Translations under genes and position numbers: made by a program
Shown: one piece after another, positions 51,500 through 61,697 of the stretch
Numbering within the stretch: the stretch's first letter is position 1
Layout of the letters: the number at the start of each line of letters is the position of its first letter
Notes under the pieces: generated by a model
Seen by the model: the letters and a program-made list of their open reading frames with translations, nothing else
Database searches by the model: none
Told to the model about the DNA's origin: nothing
Origin: Candidatus Latescibacterota bacterium
Lineage (GTDB): Bacteria; Latescibacterota; UBA2968; UBA8231
Assembly (NCBI GenBank): GCA_965206595.1
Contig: OZ242214.1
Span: forward strand, 512,001 to 576,000
Length of the DNA: 64,000 nucleotides
Direction of reading: 5' to 3'

Positions 51500-52243
51500 A
51501 TGGCACTTACCGAAGCGATCGTCGTCAACTGGAGGGAATCGCGCACCTACCTCGGGCACGACAACGCCGTCGTGTCGCCGATACTGACCCCGGAGGGAGG
51601 AGACAACGGCATCTCCTCCTGCCTGCAGTACATCGGCGCCTTCGCCCGGCACTCGCTGCAGGGGCGCAAGAACTCCGACAACCACGCCCACGAGAAAGCC
51701 GAGCAGTACTACTACATCCTCTCCGGGGAAGGAGAGGTGCTGATCGGCGATGAGCGCCACCCGGTGCGCGAAGGCACGGTCACCTACTTCCCGCCCGGCA
51801 CGCCGCACCAGTACTTCAACGAAAGCACCGATGCCTGGGCCGAGCACCTGATCATCACCTTCCCGACGGAGCGGACCGGCAGCGCCCCGCGGGTGCTCAA
51901 CTGGCGCGACGTGACCCCGGCCTTCGGGGTCCACGGCGACGCGGTGACCTGGAAGCTGCTGGAATCGGTCCACGAGCCCGAGCCCGGCACCGACCGGCCC
52001 TGCCTGCTGAAGTCCTACTACCTGGCGAGGCAGGCGGTCATGCGCGGCAAGGCCTCGGATTTCCACGTCCACGACGACAAGGAGCAGGTCTACTACATCC
52101 TCGAGGGAGAGGGGCTGGTGATGGCGGACCGGTGGGTGCACCGGGTCGGCGAGGGGGACACCGTGTACCTGCCGCGCGGCGTCGGCCACCAGATAATCAA
52201 CGAGGGGTACGACGGCTGGCTGTCGTACCTCGTGGTGAGCTGA
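51500..52243 (+). CDS. Bicupin protein
   Basis: Two motifs, HAHEKAEQYYY...PH and HVHDDKEQVYY...GH. Confidence 0.85.
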   Translation: MALTEAIVVNWRESRTYLGHDNAVVSPILTPEGGDNGISSCLQYIGAFARHSLQGRKNSDNHAHEKAEQYYYILSGEGEVLIGDERHPVREGTVTYFPPGTPHQYFNESTDAWAEHLIITFPTERTGSAPRVLNWRDVTPAFGVHGDAVTWKLLESVHEPEPGTDRPCLLKSYYLARQAVMRGKASDFHVHDDKEQVYYILEGEGLVMADRWVHRVGEGDTVYLPRGVGHQIINEGYDGWLSYLVVS

Positions 52244-52254
52244 GGGAGAAGACC

Positions 52255-53298
52255 ATGATCACCCGGCACCCTGACACACTTCGCGACGACATCGCCCGCG
52301 TGCTGCGCGCCGCCGCCGCCGACGGCCGCAACGTCGACATCGTCGCCGACCACCTCAAAGGGGCGGAGCTGTGCGGCGTCCAGACCCACGGGATCTTCCA
52401 GATTCCGTCGTACATCGAGCAGATCGATCAGAAGGAGCTGATCCCAGACGCCTGGCCCGAGGTGCTCAGCGACTCCGGCAACCGCGCCGCGGTCACCGGC
52501 AACGTCGGCTTCGGCCACGCCGCGGCCGACTTCTCGGTGCGGCTGGCGGTGCAGAAGGCCCGCGACCACGGCCTCGCCCTCGTCGGGCTCGTCAGGGCCA
52601 ACCACATAGGCCGCCTCGGCCATTACGCGGAGATCGCCGCCGGGCAGGGGATGATCTCGATGATCTGGGGATCGGGGTACTCGGTGACCAGCGCCCGCGC
52701 CGCGCCGTTCGGGGGCCGCGACCGCGTCCTCGACACCAACCCCTACTGCGTCGGCATCCCCGCCGGGGAGGGCAGGCCCCCGGTGATCGTCGACTTCGCC
52801 ACCACCCAGGGCTCCGCGGTGAAGGTGATGAACGCCCAGCGCCGCGGCGAAGAGCTGCCTCCCGGGATGATCGTCGACAGCGAGGGCAGGCCGAGCATCG
52901 ACCCCGGAGACTTCTACGGCGGCGGGGCGCTCGCCCCTTTCGGCGGCCACAAGGGGTACGCGATCATGACCGTCGTCGAGCTGATGGGCAGGGTGTTCGC
53001 CGGGGCCGACGGCCACGCCGTCGAAGGGGAGGGGACGCCGATGATGCGTCACCAGGGAGTGACTTTCCTCGTTATGCGGGCCGACGCCCTCGGGCCGATG
53101 GATGAGTTCCTGACCCGCGCCGGCACCACCCTCGACGGCATCAGCGGCAGCGAGCCCGCGGCCGGATTCGGCGAGGTCCTCTACCCCGGGCAGAAGGAAG
53201 AGGCAACGCGGCGCAGGTGGGCCGAAGGCATTCCGCTGGCCGAGGATGTCTGGGAGATGTTCACCCAGGCGGCGCGCAAGCTCGGGGTCGAGCTTTAG
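52255..53298 (+). CDS. Ldh_2 (AllD/ComC/YiaK-like) oxidoreductase
   Basis: GVQTHG, NHIGRLGHY, TNP, DFATT, GGHKGY. Confidence 0.9.
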   Translation: MITRHPDTLRDDIARVLRAAAADGRNVDIVADHLKGAELCGVQTHGIFQIPSYIEQIDQKELIPDAWPEVLSDSGNRAAVTGNVGFGHAAADFSVRLAVQKARDHGLALVGLVRANHIGRLGHYAEIAAGQGMISMIWGSGYSVTSARAAPFGGRDRVLDTNPYCVGIPAGEGRPPVIVDFATTQGSAVKVMNAQRRGEELPPGMIVDSEGRPSIDPGDFYGGGALAPFGGHKGYAIMTVVELMGRVFAGADGHAVEGEGTPMMRHQGVTFLVMRADALGPMDEFLTRAGTTLDGISGSEPAAGFGEVLYPGQKEEATRRRWAEGIPLAEDVWEMFTQAARKLGVEL

Positions 53299-53492
53299 CG
53301 AAGCAGCAGCGCTAAACGCAGGACCCGGGGCCCGGGCGCGGGAGGGTGCGGCGAGCGTGGCCGCTTAGGCCGGTGGTGTCAGCGCCGGAGCGGGCGAATC
53401 TCCGGGGATCGCGGCCGGTCCGGGGGTAAGCGCCGGAAGCGCGGCGAACCTCCCCGGTTCGTCCGGCGGGGCTCACCGAAGGCGGGGAAAGC

Positions 53493-54494
53493 TCAGGCGT
53501 AGAGATCGGCCACGTACTCTTCGTAGCCGTTGTAGAGCAGGGTCGGGCGCCACTCCCAGATGCCGATCATGCGCTCCCGCGCCTGCGACCAGCGCGGGTG
53601 GGGCACGTCGGGATTGACGTTGAGCCAGAAATCGTACTCTCGGGGATTTACGATGTTCCAGAAGTTGTCCGGCTGCTCGGCGACGAACTCGATGCGGACG
53701 ATCGATTTGATGCTCTTCATCCCGTACTTCCAGGGCACGATCAGCCGTATCGGGGCGCCGTGCTGCACCGGCAGCTCGTGCCCGTAGATCCCGGTCACCA
53801 TCATGGTCAGCTCGTTGACCGCCTCGGGCATCGACAGCCCCTCGAAGTACGGCCAGGGCAGTTCCGGGGTGTTCCACTGACCGCGGGCGTTCTCGGTGTC
53901 GAAGAAGCTGGTGAAACGGACGAACTTCGCCGAGGACAGCGGCTTGACGAGGTCGATCAGGGCCCGCATCGGAAACCCCGTCCACGGCACCGCCATCGAC
54001 CAGGCCTCGACGCAGCGGAGGCGGTAGAGCCGCTCCTCCAGCGGCATGCGCCGGACCAGGTCGTCGACGTCCCAGGTCGCCGGCTTCTCGACGAGCCCTG
54101 ATACCTCCACCGTCCATGGCCGCGTCTCGAAGTCGTCGACGAACAGGTGCACCTGCTTCGACTGCGTGAACTCGTAGAAGTTGTTGTAGCGGCCCGCGAC
54201 CTCCTCCTCGGTCAGGGGGCGGTCCAGGGTGCCGAACTCGGGGTTGAGCTCCGCAGGGTAGAGGGGATTGCTCCCCTCGGGCGCGGCCGGCTCCTGCAGC
54301 GTCGGCAGCGCCGTTTCACCTTCCGGTTCCGGCTCGACGGGAGCGATGATGCGATCGCTGCCGCAGCCGGCGGCCAGCCCCAGTCCGGCGAGCCCGGCCG
54401 AACGCAGGAACCTGCGCCGGTTCAGGAAGACCTCTTCCGGGGTCGCTTCCCGTTCCGGGATTTCCCAGCCTCGCCTGCGCCTTATGCCTGTCAT
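53493..54494 (-). CDS. msrP: Protein-methionine-sulfoxide reductase catalytic subunit MsrP
   Basis: NRRRFL Tat signal, YNNFYEF, LRCVEAWSM, HGAPIRLIVPWKYGMKSIKSI, PHPRWSQ. Confidence 0.93.
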   Translation of the reverse strand: MTGIRRRRGWEIPEREATPEEVFLNRRRFLRSAGLAGLGLAAGCGSDRIIAPVEPEPEGETALPTLQEPAAPEGSNPLYPAELNPEFGTLDRPLTEEEVAGRYNNFYEFTQSKQVHLFVDDFETRPWTVEVSGLVEKPATWDVDDLVRRMPLEERLYRLRCVEAWSMAVPWTGFPMRALIDLVKPLSSAKFVRFTSFFDTENARGQWNTPELPWPYFEGLSMPEAVNELTMMVTGIYGHELPVQHGAPIRLIVPWKYGMKSIKSIVRIEFVAEQPDNFWNIVNPREYDFWLNVNPDVPHPRWSQARERMIGIWEWRPTLLYNGYEEYVADLYA

Positions 54495-54761
54495 CGTTTC
54501 CTCGCAATCCCCAAAATCAAGGTGTTGCCGCCCGTCGTGTTGCAGCCGGCGGCGGTCCGTATCAGCTCGAAGCTCAATTCCGCGTCACCCGGCAAACCGT
54601 AAATGACGCCCGGCGACAATTTAAGGATGTCCTGGTCGCCGATCATACCCCCCTGTCCGGAAGCGCCGCACTCCCCCAGGGTGCGCACCCCGTCGAGGCG
54701 GGCCTCGTTGTCGGCTCGGTTGCTTCCGCCGCGCCAAAAAAGCGATTTTTACCTCCGGCAC

Positions 54762-54793
54762 CACCGGCACCGGCACCGGCACCGGCACCGGCA
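54762..54793 (+). repeat. (CACCGG)5 simple sequence repeat
   Basis: Five exact hexamers ~50 bp upstream of the PAS kinase start. Confidence 0.9.
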
Positions 54794-54839
54794 GCGCCCA
54801 ATATAGGATTCGCAAATCTACACTTGGGACACGACACGG

Positions 54840-55951
54840 ATGAGCAAGCAGCAGCAGCAACAGCAGCCTGAGGGGGCCGCCGGCCCGGAGGGGTCGCGGC
54901 TGAACCTGGAGGAGTATCGAGAGCTGTTCGAGGAGTGCCGCGACGCCATGGCAATCATCGCCCGCGACGGGACCATCCTCGACGCCAACCGCGCGGCCAG
55001 CGCGCTGTTCGCCTGGCCCCATGCGGAGTTCCTCGGCAGGAACATCCTCGGCGTCTACGCCAATCCCGAAGACCGCGCCCGCTACCAGGAGCAGATCGAG
55101 CGCGACGGGTACGTCCGCGACTTCGAGGTCGTCTTCGTCACCCGCGACGGACGCCGGCTCGACTGCCTGCGCTGACCACGGTGGTTAGGCGCGCGCCCGA
55201 CGGCAGCGTCCGCGGGTACCAGGGCATCGTCCGCGACGTCAGCGAGCGTAAGCGCATGGAGAAGGAACTGCGCGAATACCACGAGCAGGTGCGCGCGATG
55301 GCGGCCGGGTTCGTCGCCATCGAAGACCGCGAGCGGCGGCGCATCGCCGTCGACCTGCACGACCGCGTCGGCCAGACCCTGGCCGCGTCGCAGATGAAGA
55401 TCGGAGTGCTGCGGCAGGCGGAGGAGGAGCGGCAGGCCCTGCTCGACGACCTGCACGGCCTGCTCGACCGGATGGACGGAGAACTGCGCACCCTCATCTT
55501 CGAGCTCAGTCCGCCCGTGCTCCACGACTTCGGGCTCATGGCCGGCCTGCAGTGGCTCGCCGGGAAGCTCGAACAGGAGCACGGGTTGCGGGTGCGTCTG
55601 GAAAGCGAGGGGGACTGCGAGGTCCCAGAGGAAGGTCTGCGCGCTACGTTGTTCCGCTGCCTTCGCGAGCTGTTGCTCAACGTCTCCCGCCACGCCGGCA
55701 CCGACGCGGCCGTAGTCTCCCTGCGCCGCGACGAGACGCAACTGAGCCTGGCGGTCGCCGACCGCGGCCAGGGCTTCGAGCCCTCTCCGGATGGTGCCCG
55801 GCAGCGCTTGGGTTTCGGCCTGTTCAGCATCGGCGAATGCCTGAGTCAGGCCGGCGGTTCCTTCGACATCGAATCGGCGCCGGGGCAGGGGACGCGCTGC
55901 GTGCTGGCGGTCCCTTCCTCGGCGCTGGAGCGAAAGGAGAACTCCCGATGA
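54840..55951 (+). pseudogene. PAS + HisKA_3 sensor histidine kinase, frameshifted at ~55170
   Basis: PAS domain in 54840-55175, continuing in another frame to GIVRDVSERK, ERRRIAVDLHD, NVSRHA, DRGQGF. N-terminal poly-Gln from a CAG repeat. Confidence 0.85.
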
Positions 55952-56170
55952 CGACCCGCGTCTTGCTGGTGGACGATCACGAGCTGGTGCGCGACGGGTT
56001 GCGCACCCTGTTCGCGCAGGACGAGGAGTTCGAGGTGGTGGGCGAAGCCGGGGACGCGCGCACCGCGGTGGAGCTGGCCTCGGCCTGCCGGCCGGACATC
56101 GTGGTCATGGACGTCTCCCTTCCCGACCTGAGCGGAATCGAGGCGACGCGGCAGGTCCTCGCCCAGGCCC
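55948..56170 (+). pseudogene. NarL/LuxR-type response regulator, truncated in the receiver domain
   Basis: MTTRVLLVDDHELVRDG...DIVVMDVSLPDLSG, after which the sequence switches to the IS630 relic. Confidence 0.85.
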
Positions 56171-56174
56171 CGTG

Positions 56175-56585
56175 GCCCCCTTCGGTGGGTGCTCGAGAGT
56201 CGTATGAATCAAAGCGGCGACCTTCTCATCGCTTATCGACCGCGGACCCCCGGGGCGCAGTTCATCGTAGAGCCCCATCAGGCCTTGCTCGCAGAAACGA
56301 CGGCGCCACTTGCCAACCGAAGCGCCCGACAGCCCAAGATGCTGTCCGATCTGTTGATTGGTGAGCCCCTCATCGCTCATCAAGACGATCTTGGCTCGCC
56401 GCACATGCGCATGAGGCAGGCTACGGGAACGGGCCATGGATTCGAGTTGGGCACGAACTTCGTCACTGAGGTCGAGCGGCTCCAACGGACGTCCCATTGC
56501 CATAGGTTCCTCCTTGCGGTATCGCTACATAGGAACCTACTGAGGAAATCATATTTATTCAATATATTCCTGGGACGGGACACTA
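56175..56585 (-). mobile_element. IS630-family element, left end with truncated transposase (start 56503)
   Basis: RRAKIVL...GKWRRRF...GL...RPGGPR HTH region; terminus TAGTGTCCCGTCCC at a TA dinucleotide. Confidence 0.85.
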
Positions 56586-57035
56586 TGTGTTCCTCAAGAA
56601 AACCAAACAGACGGCCCGTTTGTTCCCGATAAGCGCCTATGTATGGAACCGCGATGTTTCGAACGACCCAAAGGGCGGCGAGGCCAGCGGCGGAAAAAAC
56701 CAGGAATACAGCGCCAAGGCGCCAGTCGAAGTTGAAAAAGAACGCCTGAATTCCCACAAGGAGCAGGACGTTTCCCACGATCTGGACGAAGAAGAATGAA
56801 AGGAATCCGGAAAGTTCACTGCTGGACACATACGACGCCGATGAACGCGAAGGAAAGGTGGAGGAGCGTGTCCCCGTTGCCTCCCGACTTGGCCGTGTCA
56901 AGGAATGACCGAATGATCTGCGGATTGACGAGGAGCAACGCTGTGCTTCCGGAGGTCATCAGGAAAAGCAGAAGCAGACGAGACGCCTCGGGTCGCACTA
57001 ATCGACCGGCAAATCTCCAATCACTTTTCATTTTG
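56586..57035 (-). pseudogene. ABC transporter transmembrane-domain fragment
   Basis: LLVNPQIIRSFLD...FNFDWRLG...LFGFLEEH; frameshifted and cut by IS630. Confidence 0.65.
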
Positions 57036-57090
57036 GCAGCTAAGCAAGTCCTCACCAGTACTCCCTCTGCAGTACGCAGGTAAGGAAAAA

Positions 57091-57280
57091 GGCTCGTCAG
57101 TAGAATTTGTGGGTGAATGTGGCTCGGGCAAATCACCAAGCTGATGGAATGAAGCGATTTGGAGTGCCTTGAAGGTGCGGAATCCGAAGGCTTTTCTCAC
57201 CGTCAGATTCCATTTCAGGTTCAAGCCCTCGACAATGCCGTTGTTGAACTGCTTCTTGGCCCTGGACCAATTGAGGATGA
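57091..57280 (-). mobile_element. ISL3-family right-end relic
   Basis: NGIVEGLNLK...RKAFGFR; IR GGCTCGTCAGTAGAATT, near-identical to 61698-61890. Confidence 0.85.
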
Positions 57281-57587
57281 GCGGTGGGCGGCCCTGCTCG
57301 CCCGGGTGTTTTCCGCCGACCTCAGCGGCTGCCCGGCCTCCCGGCAGAACGCACTGTCCTGGGTGGCGGTCGCCCTTCGGAGATCCGATGGGACCCATCC
57401 GGCGACGACGTCTGCGGCTTGCGGTAGATGGCCGTCAGTCCCATCTGTCGCATCAATCGACGCACGCGCTTCGTGGCCGCCCTGACCGATCCGGCCTCGA
57501 TCCGGACCTGTCTGGAGGGGGTAGGGCTGCCGTCGGTGCCCCCGCCGAGGGCCCCGCCTCAGCCGCAGTTCGAGTTCGCCGCCTGAC
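57281..57587 (+). mobile_element. IS91-family (Y2) transposase C-terminal relic
   Basis: RWAALLARVFSADLSGCP...VAALTDPASIRTCLEGVGLP...PPRAPP; a second relic lies at 60574-60640. Confidence 0.65.
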
Positions 57588-57885
57588 CTCCTCTGCCCTT
57601 CGCTCCCTGCGCTGTGAGCGGTACGGAGGAGTGCCCCTCAAGTACCAGGTTGACCCCTGAAACGCGCCGAAATTCTTACAACGGTACTCGGAGCATTCCC
57701 GAACAATTCTGTGCGACGACAAGCAATTCATCAGGGACCCTGCTGGACCCTTGCGTACGAAATGTACGCCGCCTGCAGAAGCTCGGTGAGATTGCGGCCG
57801 TCCTGGTCCGCGTATGCCTTGGCGTGCATGTGGGCGAAGCTGACCCGGTGCAAGCGGTTCGTGTTGCCAACGACGGCTGAGAGAG

Positions 57886-59532
57886 TCACCGCCATTCGTC
57901 AACGGACACGGTGGCCGCGTGGTTGGCCCCGAAGATGCGCCAGTAGCCGTTCGTTTCGCCTCCGACGACGACGACCTGGATCTGGTTCTTCGGCCACATG
58001 CGGATGAGCTCGTCCTCTTCTGCTTCCAGCATCGTGGCCCAGGGCTCCTGGCCGACGAGCGCCCTCGGCTCGACGTAGTTCTCGATCAGCTGGTAATCCC
58101 AGTAGACGCCGGCTCGCATCGTGCCGTTCTCGTGGACCCAATCGACGAGCTCGTCGACGCTGTGGAAACCGCCGCGGTCGACGAACTGACGGGCCGTGAT
58201 CGGGTCGAGGACGAAGGTGGGCGCTTCGTGCGGGTCCATGCCCCGCAGCATCTGGATGACGTGAGTCTGCCAGTGCTTTTTGCGCAGCCCGAGGGTGAAG
58301 GCGGTGGATCGACATCCCGAGAATACACTGACGGTGCTGTCGCCCTTGTCGAAGCCCTGGCGGACGTGGAAGGGATCCCACGGACTGCGCTCTTCGTTCT
58401 CGGCGTAGCAGATACTGCCGTAGGCGTAGCCGTTGCCCTGCGAGCCGAGGTAGGTGTGCAGCGGCAGCGAACCGCCCTGGCCGTTCTGTGACAGCAGGCC
58501 GTAGGCGCGCCCGATGGTGGCGTTTGCGTGGTTGTAGGGTCCCATGGCGCCGACGCCCCGGTTCATGCCGATCTCTTCGCGGAGGGGCCCGTTGACGACG
58601 GCCATGGCCGCCGCCGAGCTGGTCGTGCTCGGGCGCGCTGTGACCTGCGTCGATGCCAGCGCGAGAATGGCGGGAAAGTATTCCGGCCGTGCACCGGCCA
58701 TGACGGCGTTGACGGCGACCTTCTCTACCGTGTACTCCCAGGCCTCGCGCGGGCCCGTGGGCCGCATCTGCCCGACTACCTGATCGGGATCCCGGCTCGT
58801 GCCTCTGAGCATGGCCTCGACACGGGCCTCGGTGGGCAGCACGATCGGCAGCTTGTCGGTCCAGTTTTCGCGCAGGAAGAGCTCGTGGAGGTGGTCTTCC
58901 GAATCGGGCTCGCACAGTCGCGGCGTGGATCGATCGAAGGTGACGACCTCCGTCTCCCCGGCGCTGACCGGGCGGGTCAGCGCCTCGATCACTTCCGTCA
59001 TGAACGGACGTCCGGTGACAGGATCGTCGCCGTCGACGTACGCCCGCAGCTCCTCCGGCGACTTGCCCATCACCGGCTGAGGGACGAAGACGAACCGCTG
59101 CTTCGGCATGCCCCGCGCCAGCGCCTGCGCCCGCGCCAGGGGTTCGAAGATGTCGGTGTGGACGGAGGCAGTCGGCACTCCGTATTCGGTTTCAACAGTG
59201 ATGCACTGGTCGGCGACCGCCGGCGCACACGTGCTTCAGTGGCCGACGCCGATGACGGCGGCATCTCCCTGCTGTTTGATCTCCTCGTAGAGCGCGTCGT
59301 CGCGCTGGGTGTAGACGTTCGACTTGCGGCGCACTTCCACGTTGATCCCCGGGCAGTGCTCGGTGAACCAGTCCCCCATTTGGCGCATGAGGATATCGCC
59401 GTCGTCGAAACGGCAGTCGACGAGGTAGACGGTACCGCCTTCGAGCGAGTCGGGACGAGGGGCCATGCCCAACTGCTCCGTCTTCGGCGGGTGCCCCATC
59501 GGGTTGAGGACCGTGATCCTGTTGTCGTCCAT
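57886..59532 (-). CDS. UGSC-family thioredoxin-like selenoprotein (UxxC = U-S-T-C) fused to its usual partner domain, ~548 aa
   Basis: The TGA at 59238-59236 is in frame between ORFs 59236-59532 and 57886-59178 (GVGH-U-STCAPA). A SECIS-like hairpin follows immediately. The C-terminal domain has LPIVLPT and VAVNAVMAG. Confidence 0.85.
59198..59230 (-). promoter_or_regulatory. Bacterial SECIS element
   Basis: CGGC-GGUC-GCCG upper stem with the loop starting 17 nt after UGA, plus a GUGUGCG/UGCAUCAC lower stem. Confidence 0.7.
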
Positions 59533-59643
59533 CGGTCTTTCTCCTTAGTAGTACGGGTTGACCTGAGATGGAAGGAAGATCTGCAGGTACCGTGAAGCGG
59601 TGTGGTCGAGGCGCCGTGTCTCCTGTCCTGTCCCCGGCGGACG

Positions 59644-60543
59644 TCACCCCGCAGCCGCGGGCTTCTGTCCGGCGGCGTCCAGGCGGCGCTTGGCCTCGGC
59701 ATACGTCTCGGGAGAGAGAGGTCCCTTCGAGATACCTGCGATGTTCTCTTCGAGGTGATCGACGCGGGTCGTTCCCACGATGTTGGTGTTGGAGTGAGGG
59801 TGGGTGAGGGTGTAGCGCAGCATGAACGTGGTGCGGCTCTCCCCCTCGACCAGCTCGTCGAGACGGGCCGTCTCGAACACCTTCCACCTGTCCGCTCGCT
59901 TGTCTCCCGAGGCAGCATCCGGCTCACCCTGTGCCACCCCGCCGCGGATGACGATGCCGGTCCCCGCCTGCGCAGCCCTGGTGATCCACTCTTCGTGTTG
60001 CCGCTCCAGGGCCGAGTAAGGGATCTGGAACACGTCGAACACTCCCCACCCGAGGAAGGTCGGCAGGTGCGGCAGGGTCGTCGACACGCCAATCCAGCGC
60101 ACCTTGCCCTGCTCGCGCATATCCTCCAGCACTGTCACCAGATCGCCGGCCTTGCACTCCTCCACCGAGGGATTGTGGTACTGCATCAGGTCCACGTAAT
60201 CCGTCCGCAGCCGTCCCAGGCTTTCGTGCAGTCCCCGGAAAGCGTTTTCCCGTGTCCAGATGTGGTCGCCGCCGCCGGGAGGGCATCCGCACTTGGTGGC
60301 CAGGTAGAATTCCGAGCGGCGTCCCGAGAGATGCCTGCCGATCTGTTCTTCCGCCGGGCTCGCCCAGTGCAGGCCGTAGTCGTTGGCGGTATCCACGAAA
60401 TTGATCCCCGCGTCCAGTACCGAGTTCAGCAGCACCTCCCAGCGGTCGTCGTCGAGGCCGCTGCGCAGTGCGGTGCCGAACCCGAGGCGGGTGATTTCCA
60501 GGCCGGTGCGCCCCAGCTTCGCGGTTGGAATGGCTGATGTCAT
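59644..60543 (-). CDS. Aldo/keto reductase
   Basis: LGRTGLEIT, GINFVDTANDY, LATK, SLGRLRTDYVDL, GKVRWIGVS. Confidence 0.92.
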   Translation of the reverse strand: MTSAIPTAKLGRTGLEITRLGFGTALRSGLDDDRWEVLLNSVLDAGINFVDTANDYGLHWASPAEEQIGRHLSGRRSEFYLATKCGCPPGGGDHIWTRENAFRGLHESLGRLRTDYVDLMQYHNPSVEECKAGDLVTVLEDMREQGKVRWIGVSTTLPHLPTFLGWGVFDVFQIPYSALERQHEEWITRAAQAGTGIVIRGGVAQGEPDAASGDKRADRWKVFETARLDELVEGESRTTFMLRYTLTHPHSNTNIVGTTRVDHLEENIAGISKGPLSPETYAEAKRRLDAAGQKPAAAG

Positions 60544-60573
60544 GTCGTCTCCTCTTTCAGCTGGCAGGTTTCA

Positions 60574-60640
60574 GTGTGTGCCTGTGGCGGTCGTCTTCGG
60601 ATCGTGGCCGCCCTGACCGATCCGGTCTCGATCCGGATTC
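60574..60640 (+). mobile_element. Short IS91-family transposase relic
   Basis: CACGGRLRIVAALTDPVSIR; its DNA is nearly identical to 57472-57507. Confidence 0.55.
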
Positions 60641-60709
60641 CAAGATCCTCAAGTTCCCCTGGTCCGTATGCTCAGAGCAGGAGCCTCTCTCGTTCTGATG
60701 ATTGCCCAT

Positions 60710-61697
60710 CTACAGCTCCTCAACTCCTACAAATCTGCCCGTGCCACGACTTCTGACGGCCGCCTCCACCAGCGCCAGAGTGTGGATCGCATCGGCATAT
60801 TCCGAGCGGACCAGCGACCGTTCGCCTGTTTCTATAGCGCGCAACCAGGCACCGGTCTTATCCATGCCCAGGCTGTTCTCTTCAGGCACCGATTTGTCCA
60901 ACTCCTGTCCATTGAGGTACCCAGTAATCCGGTTTTGGGTCACGTTTGCGCGAAGACGCAGGTGAGGGCCGATAACCTCGAGATCAAAGCTGAACCCTTC
61001 AGTGCCACAGTGATTGGTATGTGTGCCCAAGACACCGTTGTCAAGCGCGTAAGTCATCTGGATGGCATTCTCGGCGTCGAATTCGGAGCGGTCGTGTGCC
61101 ATGTTTTTGACTGCCAGCGCATGTGCCTGAACCGGTTTGGGATTGCCCAGGACGAAACGTCCACAATCGAGCAGGTGGATGGCCTGCTCGGCTATAGGCC
61201 CTCCGCTGATCTTCTGTTGCAGGAACCAAGGCGCCATCTTAAAGCTCAGATAGTAATTGACTGTACAGACGGTCTGCATCAGATGGACTGTCTCATTGGC
61301 CAGCAGATGTTTCAGCCTCTCGTAGAGCGGTGCGTAACGCAATTGAAAACCAACGGCGGCAATTACCCCGGCTTTTTCGATTTGCTCCAGACAGTCCCGT
61401 CCCTCGTCCATGTTCAGCGCAGGGGGCTTTTCGATCATCAGATGGATACCCCGTTCACAAGCCATTCGCACCGGTTGAAGGCGTACCGGAGGAGGCGCAG
61501 TGATAACTACGCCATCGATTTCGTGCTCGAAAAACGGGTCGAGTTCATCAGTGGCGATCTCTGCACCGCTTGCCGTCGCCAGCTGTTGTGCGGCATCCAG
61601 GCGAGTGCTGTGAACCGCGACGACCTGCGCTCCATAAGCAGCAACGGCTCGCCCATGCGCACGTCCCATGTTGCCGGCACCAACAATTCCGATCTTT
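60710..61697 (-). CDS. Gfo/Idh/MocA oxidoreductase whose native start was removed by ISL3
   Basis: KIGIVGAGNMG begins directly at the IS end; IEKPP, VGFQLRY, EQAIHLLD. Confidence 0.8.

Noticed and set aside
53300-53490. Degenerate GC-rich direct repeat (agcgccgga...gcgaa.ctcc) between convergent genes
   Set aside because: Only two poor copies with no spacer structure; not a CRISPR array, at most REP-like or terminator sequence.
55170-55175. TGA ending the PAS ORF as a possible selenocysteine
   Set aside because: The kinase continues in a different frame, so this is a frameshift; there is no redox motif.
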